A stretch of DNA of 64,000 bases from the human T2T-CHM13v2.0 reference genome, Homo sapiens, in the NCBI RefSeq assembly GCF_009914755.1, contig NC_060928.1. One strand, 5' to 3'. Of this stretch, positions 55,491-64,000 are shown in pieces. A program made the position numbers and the translations under genes. The notes under the pieces are model-generated. The model saw only the letters and a list, made by a program, of their open reading frames with translations. It searched no databases and had not been told where the DNA came from. Each line of letters begins with the position of its first letter. Position 1 is the stretch's first letter.

Positions 55491-56289
55491 TTTTCTAAGG
55501 CTCACATCATTTGTAGATTAGACTGCCAGGTCCTTTCCGGGCATTCAAAGCCAGACCCAATCTGGAGTGCATGGGACAGATCTAAAGGTTCTATTCTAGA
55601 TCCGTTCTTCATAAAGGATAGTTCCTATCCAAGAGTTTTGGCCTGCTTGAAGAGCCACAGTCCAACATGCACCCAATGGCCATATAAACAAGGCCAAGAG
55701 GGCAGCTTCTGGACCCAAGACTTTTCATTCTGACCTTTGTGGGGTGACGGTTCTGCTCAATTTGTTTCTTCTCTTGGATTCCAGAATGATTTTCAGGACC
55801 ATGAATGTTTTCATCTATGTTGGTCTATCTGAAAGATCACCAACTTCTCCCAATGCAAGCGTCCAGCCAAAGTGATGCTGAATTGTCAAGACCATATGTG
55901 TCTGCCACAGTGGGTTCTATCTTACATGGGCAGAGACAGCTAGACCAGGATAGACAGGCATGGACCAAATGACTAGCCACAGCTCACAAGCTGCTGGCTC
56001 AGTATAGGGTCCACATCAAGATTCTAAACCAGACTTTCTGACTCCATTAGCACAATGTCCAAATGCTTGGCTTTGCATTGTTATTTAATGAGCTGTTTGT
56101 TATTCGATAACCTGCAGTCTTTTGAAGCAAAAGTGAAGAGGCAGGATTAGGCTGCTGAGGAGCCTTAGCTACAAATGAACTTTTCCTAGATATTAATATA
56201 AGAATAAGGTTTTTAAAACCCTCCACATTAGCTTTATAATCATATTTTTAAAATCAGACAAAGCCCATTTTACAGTCCCACAGAAAGAA

Positions 56290-57230
56290 TGGCAAGACCC
56301 TAAACCCACTCTTGGCTCTGCCATTTACTCATGCAAGACCTTGGCCTTTGACTTCTCTCAGCTTCCACGTCATCAGCTGCAGAATGGGAAGAATAATGCT
56401 TATCCTTAAAGATTTGTTTTGAGGAATAAATGACATCGCATATGTAACTTGCCTGGCACATTGTAAGAACTATGAAAATGGTAACTAGTTTTCAAAAGTC
56501 ATCTAACAAGCTCGGGTATTCTTGAAGCCACTATGTCTTGGATAATTCAGAACAGTTATGACTACAAATCTCCCTACCTTCCACAGCCCTCCAGCAGGAT
56601 CCATGTTCATTTCTGCCATGGGTGTAGGTGGAGGGGAGAGGAAATTTACATCATTTTGATTCAGAAAATAAAATAATTTCAAACTGTAACTGAGAACTGT
56701 TCTAAGAATTTTATGGCTTAATCCTCACCATCACCCTATCAGGTAAGTAATATTATTATTATCCCCATTATACAGATGAGGAAGATGAGGCTTAAAGAGG
56801 TTGGGTAAGCAGCTCACTCATGGTTACTCAGCTAGGAGTGGGCATACTACCCTTAACCATTGCAACTCAACTCTATTTATTCATGTGTTCATTCAAACAC
56901 TATATACTGCAACCCTACACTAAGCACTGGAGATACACAGTTCACTCCCTAGGCAGACATTGATTGAGCCTGACTATATGGCAGTCACTCTCCTAGGCAC
57001 TGGCATATAGCAGGGAAAGTGTGACCAGTCCAGTGAAACCCACAGGTAAATAAAGAAATGTCAAAGGTGCTACAGTTCCATGATAGACATTTGTACAATA
57101 ACCAGGAAGCCTCAAAAAACAAAGACATCCTCCTACTTGCTTTAGGGACTGAGCGGGGATTGGGATGAAAGAATGGAAGTCCAAAAGCCCTCATAGCAGA
57201 GGTGACTTTGAGGAGCCCAGTGTTCAGAGG
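56290..57230. mobile_element. MIR (+), MIR (-) and L2 (-) fragments
   Basis: CTCTGCCATTTACT..GCCTGGCACATTGTAAG; CCCATTATACAGATGAGGAA; TTTATTCATGTGTTCATTCAAAC. Confidence 0.75.
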
Positions 57231-57231
57231 A

Positions 57232-57233
<2 letters not shown>

Positions 57234-57280
<47 letters not shown>
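57234..57280. repeat. Pure poly-A (47 nt), no attached Alu/L1 body
   Basis: Direct count. Confidence 0.95.
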
Positions 57281-57281
<1 letters not shown>

Positions 57282-57494
57282 ACCACCACCAAAAGGGCTG
57301 GCCCTAAAAAATTGCAGTGGAACTGGTCACCTGGCATCTTGTAGACAGAGAAATCAGTTGTAGGGCTGGATTTTTTTTCACTTCAGAGCTGTGGCTGCTG
57401 TTCTCCACAGCCCCAGCCCCGAACCCAGACAAGCATCCACCTATACGCAAGCACAAGAATAAATTCCACAGCAAGGCATTTCAAAGCACCTACC

Positions 57495-58155
57495 AAGACG
57501 AACGTGCCCTCTGGCCTGGTTTTTTGTTTGGGAAAATTGTGTGCTAAAAACAGCAGATAAAAAGGAATCTGTGGGCATAATTTATTTAGACTTTCTAAAG
57601 GCTGTTGAGAAGGTCTCTCTCATAGGAGGCTATTAAGGCCAGGCAGGCAAGTCGGTAACTATGGGGTAAAAGGTGAAGTTCTGTCGTGATTAAAGCCTTC
57701 TTAACTGAGAGGAACCAAAGCCCAGGAATAAATAGCCAGTTCTCCACATGGGAAGCTAAAAATAATGGGGCCGCTCAAAGATTAGTCCTGAAGCCAGTGT
57801 TGTGCTATCTATTTTTAATGATTTGTCAAATGAAGTACAGTAAATAGAAAAATGCAGGTAGCTAATGACAGGCGACCACTTGGTATAGTGACGAAAGCAC
57901 TGAGCTGGCAGGGTACTAAGAAGCCAAGACCAGCCTGCACATATGACTGTTTCTCCGGGCCTCAATTTCTTTATCTGTGAAATGATGGAATGTGAAATGA
58001 CACAAGCTGTTTCTAAGGTCTCTGAGACCATCTGTGAAAACATTTAAAATTCTTTGGCTTGAAGTTCATTCAGGTAGACTAGAAGGAACAAAATGAATTA
58101 ACCAAATTGAGCAATCCAAGATCCAAAGGAACATCAGAAAAGGCAAAGTAAGTAC
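57495..58155 (+). mobile_element. CR1/L3 reverse-transcriptase relic, split by a MIR at ~57880-58035
   Basis: ADKKESVGIIYLDFLKAVEKV (YLDF at 57583-57594), HRRLL..YGVKGEVLS*, GINSQFSTW..NGAAQRLVLKPVL..IFNDL, QNELTKLSN. Confidence 0.88.
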
Positions 58156-58748
58156 TTTCACTCTGCTATTTTGGGGTGACTTGCTTAGTTCAGAATAAGT
58201 GATAACTTCTCCAAAGAAAGCTATAAGCATTCCTGCGGACAGTTTCATGAGAATGCCTATTCTTAGTCGGGCATCATCAAAGTGCCAATAAACCATATGC
58301 AGCATTTTTTTAAGCACTGAAAAAAGCACAGAAAAGTATTACCAGGCTATCGCCTAAATCAGCCTTATGTCCTTTCTTTGTCTCTGATATTATCAGAATA
58401 GCCTTTTTATAAATTGAATGGCAAATACTGATAAAGCCAACGATGTATAATTTGGGGGCCCCTGAATGCCTGCTCTCAAGAACCTCCAATCTGGTTGGTG
58501 ATTTTACAAACAAAAAACAGATAACAAAATACAACTGGCTGTGCCAAATTAATGACACAGCCAGTAAAGTTTGAAGAATTTCCCAGACAAGGTAGGATGT
58601 GAACCTCACCTTCAAGAATGAATACTATTTCTGTAGTTGGAGGATAACAGGGAGATCTCCAGGACCAAAAAGAGAAACAAACAAACAAACAAACAAAATG
58701 AATTGGGAGCAGAAAAGAAACAAGAAGAGATAAAAAATAAAGAAACTC

Positions 58749-59037
58749 GGCTGAGTGCGGTGGCTTACGGTTGTAATCCCACACTTCGGGAGGCAGAGGC
58801 AGGAGGATCACTTGAGGCCAGGAGTTCCAGACAAGCCTGGGCACCATAGCAAGACCTTGTCTCTACAAACAGTTAAAAAATTAGCTGTGTGTGGTGCATG
58901 CCTGTCGTCCCAGCTACTCAGAGCCTGAGGTGGGGGGATCCCTTGAGCCAAGGTGTTCGAGGCTACAATGAGCCATGGTTATACAATTCAACTGTACTCC
59001 AGCCTGGGTGACAGAGTGAGACCCTACCTCAAAAAAT
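58749..59037 (+). mobile_element. AluJ
   Basis: TSD AAAAATAAAGAAACTC at 58733-58748 and 59038-59053. Confidence 0.93.
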
Positions 59038-59099
59038 AAAAATAAAGAAACTCATTCATTTGAGAAAAGACCAACTTTGTCCTGAGATGAGAGTTGCTT

Positions 59100-59375
59100 C
59101 ATTATGAAAACAGAGAAGTGTCAAGAAAGATAGACTATGAACAAAGTATGAATAAATGAGGGTTCATGAAATGCCACGTGGATCTCCTTAGTTAGCTTGG
59201 GCCATAAGGCAAGACCCAGGAAACACTCCATGAAATTAAAAAGGAAAAAAACAATAAATGGGTTGAACACGGGCTTTTAACATAACACAGTGAGTTTTGG
59301 TGACTCATTACTGTAGACACTGTTTTCCCCAAGTAGCTTAGTGAGCTTTACTTTTTGATAGAATTATATGTTCAT
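59100..59375 (+). mobile_element. CR1/L3 ORF2 C-terminal relic
   Basis: HKARPRKHSMKL..TVSFGDSLL versus CR1 motif TRTRGHPMKL..TVNLWNSLP. Confidence 0.7.
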
Positions 59376-62276
59376 ACAACTAACGGTTCTCTCTGCAGTT
59401 ACGGCTAATGTTATTGATACTCATAACTCAAGGCAAACATGCGGGGTCTCCAAGAAATTTTTTCCTCCTATTACGCTGTTGCAGAATGAGTTGAATTCAC
59501 TATAAGAGGGATATGTTACCTTTCTCTAAAGTACCTCTTTCTGTCCACAGGAATGTTTCTGATTTCATAGTCATTTTTTTCCTTCTTCTTCATATTTGTT
59601 GCTCAAAAAGCTGGCTCATTAAAAAGAAAGACAATTGCCTTCTAAGAGTCATACTAGACACAGGTGTGCCTCACATTATAGAAGACAAGGACTGCAGAAA
59701 ATACCGACATCAGACAACCAGAATAGCTAACACTGAATTGAATGGTGCAAGAGGAGAAGGGACCATTTAAAAGAATACTAGAGAGATTTCTTCATTTATT
59801 TTGTAAACTTAAATTTCTAACTAGTAGATTTCCTTTGAAAATCTGTACTTGCTGTGAATCACTGCCACAATGCTCTTAAACCTTCCTGAGACATTTTGTT
59901 TCCTGGAGGTTTAAGCAATGTTTTCTAAAATTACCATCTATCTTCTGTTTCACATCACAAGAAGGAAGAAAAGTTTGTATCTCCTTTTTTATTCTAGAAT
60001 AAATGATATAGTTTCTTCACAGGAAATAAACACCACACCATTAATTATATGCCTCATGGATTCTATTCTACCAGATTTACATTTACTTGGCCAAGTCCAA
60101 AGGAAAGTAAACAACCTTAGCATTCAATATTAATCATGATACACACACTCCTTCTCTTACTCCCCCTTTTCTCCGTAAAGCAATGCATTTAAAATGAAGA
60201 CTTGGTTTTTGCTCTTTTTGACATTTCCTAAATATGTTTAAGCATCAGGAACTTGAAAATACAGTATTTTAACGGGTAACGAATGTCCTTTGAAAACAAA
60301 GACCATCCTTATATAAAAACAGAGAAATGAATTTTGATGCCGAAGCCAGTAAACAGGTGTCTCTCTTGCAAAAAGTTCAGTGAAGCTCTTCTTGGGTGTG
60401 TGTGCAAAAGCTTTACATAAAAACACCACTCCTAGGAGACCCTCTTACAGATTCGATTCACGAGAAACATATACAGAACACCATAGGAAGCCGGGTAATA
60501 AACTTCTGAATACCTTTTTATTATTTTGAAAATAATCGAAATTGTGCAAACAAGGTCAACAGCTGGAAAATGGCTCCCAGAAAGCCTGCCCTTACGGTCC
60601 TCTGAAATGACTAAACTATTTTGGCAGTTTCCAAAAATTAGCCTTACAAGTCCAAGAAGATATCCAGGTCCCCGTTTTCTCTCACCGAGTCCCAGCTGCA
60701 CTAATGAAGAGTTGCAAGTGTAGGGCCTGACTCCTCTTCGTGCAAGCCTGAATTATCTAAGCAGCGCCTAAGAAGAGGAAATTTCTCTGCTAAGTCATCC
60801 TGTAAAGCTTCCAAAATAGAGGTGCCCTTCAAATTAAATTTGCCGGTGTCGATTCCCTCATCCTCAATGATACCGTGTAAGAAGGATCAAGTGATTAAAA
60901 TGAAGCAAAAAGAAACAAAGGTCACCCAACACCTGGCTTTTAAAAACTAGGTAGATTCCAGGCCTCAGGATGCTTGGAAAAATAAAATGCGTATGACGCA
61001 ACTAACACACCCAAAGGCCTGCGAACTTGTGTCCTATTAAAATGCATAATCCTATAATGATGAAGCTGGCAGTCTCTCAATAGTTTGACTCATTTCCCTG
61101 CTAAATATAACTGAAGACAGGTTTTCCACTAGGAGCTACTGTATTATTGTCTCCCAACTGGGAATCAGAAACTAATTTTGATATGTAAAGAAATCAAAGC
61201 AAAAAAGGATGATACAAGTATTTGTCTGACTTTAATTTCTTCGCAGCGCTACCCTGCCGGAACTACTTTTCCAGAACCCAGAGAGGCACCAATAGAGATG
61301 TTTACGGATGGATAAGGCAATATTTGTCAGAAGCTGCAGAATGTGAAAATCACCATCTATCTGCTACATGCAACTTGACTGAAATGATTTAGTCATAATG
61401 TGTGATGATGGACGTTGGTTGCTATTCTTTAGCTCTGCAAAGGGCACTGCCAGAGACCAGTATTTCAGCTGACTGCTATTTCTTTCCAATTCAAATGAAA
61501 AGAGACTTAAGAACAGACAACAACTCAGCAGGATGCCTATTAGAATTCTTTGTAAGGACTTCACTTGCAAGGAGCAACTCTGGACTTGTTCGTAAAAAAG
61601 AAATAATCGGCCTCTGACCGAAGTGCTCAAATCAAAAATCTCACGGGCTACATGGGATTGTTTTTTCTTCTAAAATAGATCATGGATTAATGGAGAACAC
61701 TGACCTAATAGAAGCATCAACCATTTTTAGAACATAGCTTCCCCAAGAAGGCTTGCAAGGAATTATTCCAGCTATAATGCTGTAGAATTCGTTACCCACC
61801 GAGTTAAAATCGCCTCAAATCCATTTGCTCTTATGCAGAATTTCCTGATTATAGCCTCCGCTTATTTTGCCCACATACCAAATCTGAAAATGGTTTTTTA
61901 AATTAGTGACTTTTGAGCTAGCTTCACTGGTGGCTGGGGTACAAAATTATTTTCCCCCGAGTTGAAGAGTATTTTTTAAAAAGAAAAGAAAAGCACTGGG
62001 TGAGAAATGCATTTTGAAAACGAAGCTTGAGTTGTAGCTTCGCTACAATGGAGAAGCAGAAAATGGTCAAACTGCAGCTTTTCTCTTGACAACCCTGATG
62101 GTTCATCTGGTAACACCTCAGACACTTTATTCCTAGCTGAGTTGTTTCTATATGTCATTTATAACTTCACATTTTTCAGAGAGAGAAAAGTACCTCTTGG
62201 TTGTATCTGTGTATCCATGTGTATGTGAGTGTGTGTGTGCAGGGATGATGTTAAGCTGGTATGTTCCTGCTACAGA

Positions 62277-62476
62277 CAGTGTTGTGCTGGAACAGGCTTA
62301 CATAGGCTTTGCAAGAGCTGACTGTTAAATTTGCAGAAAATATGCAAGCCAACTGATATCACATTGGTGGCTTGAAGCTGGCAGTGGTGGGAGTGTTTCT
62401 ACCTCAGAAATCAGCATGCACTATGACTCAGGGCTTCATGATTTTTGGGAGAGTCAGGTTTTTAGCACATACTAGC
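62277..62476 (+). mobile_element. MER63-like hAT-Blackjack MITE
   Basis: CAGTGTTGTGCTGG..GCAAGAGCTGACTGTTAAATTT..CAGTGGTGGGAGTGTTT..AGCACATACTAG. Confidence 0.8.
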
Positions 62477-62967
62477 CCACGACTGCTTACTGGGACACCA
62501 GCTGTTTGCACAGCCATCCACACTGATTGGCTGCACTCTCCACTTTGGTCATGCTCATGTTGTAAGCACTGTACAATATTTTGAATAGCAACTTCATCAC
62601 GTGTAGTCAAATTATATCATTGTATTATCTACATTGTCTTCGGTATAATAACGGAAAAGCAGCATATACTATCACATCATCCATCATCAAAAAACAATTT
62701 TTTTGAGCATGGGTTTGGACCTCAGGTACTCTGCTGAATAAATTCTGGGTGGCTCAACTGCTGGTGGATCCCAAATAGATCATTTGGGAAGGAAGAAACC
62801 ATGCCGGGCCTTAGAGAAAAACAAAATGAGTCAGTTCTCTCTGCTGCCTTTGGCCAGACCAAACCCTGAAGTCATACAGCATGGGGGAGATTTTCTAGTC
62901 AAAAAAGTCATTTATCTGTCCAAGCACATCTGAAGATAAATGATGAGAAGCTTCTGGGAACACTGAA

Positions 62968-63401
62968 TGTCAGGCCTCTGAGCCCAAACCAAGCCATCGC
63001 ATCCCCTGTGACTTGCACATATACGCCCAGATGGCCTGAAGTAACTGAAGAATCACAAAAGAAGTGAAAAGGCCCTGCCCCGCCTTAACTGATGACATTC
63101 CACCATTGTGATTTGTTCCTGCCCCACCTTAACTGAGTGATTAACCCCATGAGTTTCCTTCTCCTGGCTCAGAAGCTCCCCCACTGAGCACCTTGTGACC
63201 CCTGCCCCTGCCCACCAGAGAACAACCCCCTTTGACTGTAATTTTCCATTACCTTCCCAAATCCTATAAAATGGCCCCACCCCTATCTCCCTTCACTGAC
63301 TCTCTTTTCGGACTCAGCCCGCCTGCACCCAGGTGAAATAAACAGCCATGTTGCTCACACAAAGCCTGTTTGGTGGTCTCTTCACACGGACGTGCATGAA
63401 G
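62968..63401 (+). mobile_element. HERV-H 5' LTR (LTR7 family, LTR7Y-like)
   Basis: TGTCAGGCCTCTGAGCCC start; CATTCCACCATTGTGATTTGTTCCTGCCCCACC U3 block; CTTCACACGGACGTGCATGAA end; directly followed by a PBS. Confidence 0.96.
63265..63342 (+). promoter_or_regulatory. LTR TATA box (63265-63271) and poly(A) signal (63337-63342)
   Basis: TATAAAA and AATAAA at the canonical LTR7 positions. Confidence 0.85.
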
Positions 63402-64000
63402 TTTGGTGTCGTGACTTGGATCGGGGGACCTCCCTTGGGAGATCAATCCCCCATCCTCCTGCTCTTTGCTCTGTGAGAAAGATCCACCTACGACCTCAGG
63501 TCCTCAGACCGACCAGCCCAAGAAACATCTCACCAATTTCAAATCCGGTAAGCGGCCTCTTTTTACTCTCTTCTCCAGCTTCCCTCACTATCCCTCAACC
63601 TCTTTCTCCTTTCAATCTTGGCGCTACACTTCAATCTCTCTCTTCTCTTAATTTCAATTCCTTTCATTTTCTGGTAGAGACAAAAGAGACACGTTTTGTC
63701 CGTGGACCCAAAACTCTGGCGCCGGTCACGGACTGGGAAGGCAGCTTTCCCTTGGTGTTTAATCATTGCAGAGACGCCTCTGTGATTATACACCCACGTT
63801 TCAAGGGTGTCAGACCACGCAGGGACGCCTGCCTTGGTCCTTCACCCTTAGCGGCAAGTCCTGCTTTTCTGGGGAAGAGGCAAGTACCCCAACCCCTTCT
63901 CTCCTTGTCTCTACCCCTTCTCTGCCTTTCCTGGGGCAGGGGCAAGTACCCCTCAACCCCTTCTCCTTCACCCTTAGCGGCAAGTCCCGCTTCCCTAGGG
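63402..64000 (+). mobile_element. HERV-H internal leader, runs off the window end
   Basis: GAGAAAGATCCACCTACGACCTCAGG, splice donor CCG|GTAAGC at 63548, repeated CCTTCACCCTTAGCGGCAAGTCC blocks. Confidence 0.95.
63404..63421 (+). other. tRNA-His primer-binding site
   Basis: TGGTGTCGTGACTTGGAT, 16/18 to TGGTGCCGTGACTCGGAT. Confidence 0.92.

Noticed and set aside
63839-63987. Direct repeats CCTTCACCCTTAGCGGCAAGTCC
   Set aside because: Normal feature of the HERV-H leader, not a locus-specific duplication.

Overview
Primate (human-like, great-ape) non-coding genomic DNA with no supportable protein-coding exon, RNA gene or CpG island; the listed ORFs derive from Alu, LTR, microsatellite or VNTR sequence or are chance. 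Much of the window is recognisable repeats: Alu J/S/Y, MIR, L2, old L1, MaLR/ERVL/ERV1 solo LTRs and hAT/Tigger MITEs. It also holds a 35-36-bp C-rich minisatellite (~32.1-33.3 kb) and ends in the 5' LTR (LTR7Y-like), His primer-binding site and leader of a HERV-H provirus. I found no new enzymatic system. The most unusual signals are: (1) four short direct dispersed duplications (67-294 bp, donor 0.9-2.7 kb away, different ages) with templated-insertion-like junctions; (2) two AluY elements head-to-head 2 bp apart inside one target-site duplication; (3) an ancient CR1/L3 LINE ORF2 still readable as collinear protein fragments across 52.6-59.4 kb; (4) PRDM9 13-mer matches in a subset of the VNTR units. 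Repeat subfamily names come from recalled consensus sequences and should be confirmed with RepeatMasker/Dfam; identity values are hand counts.
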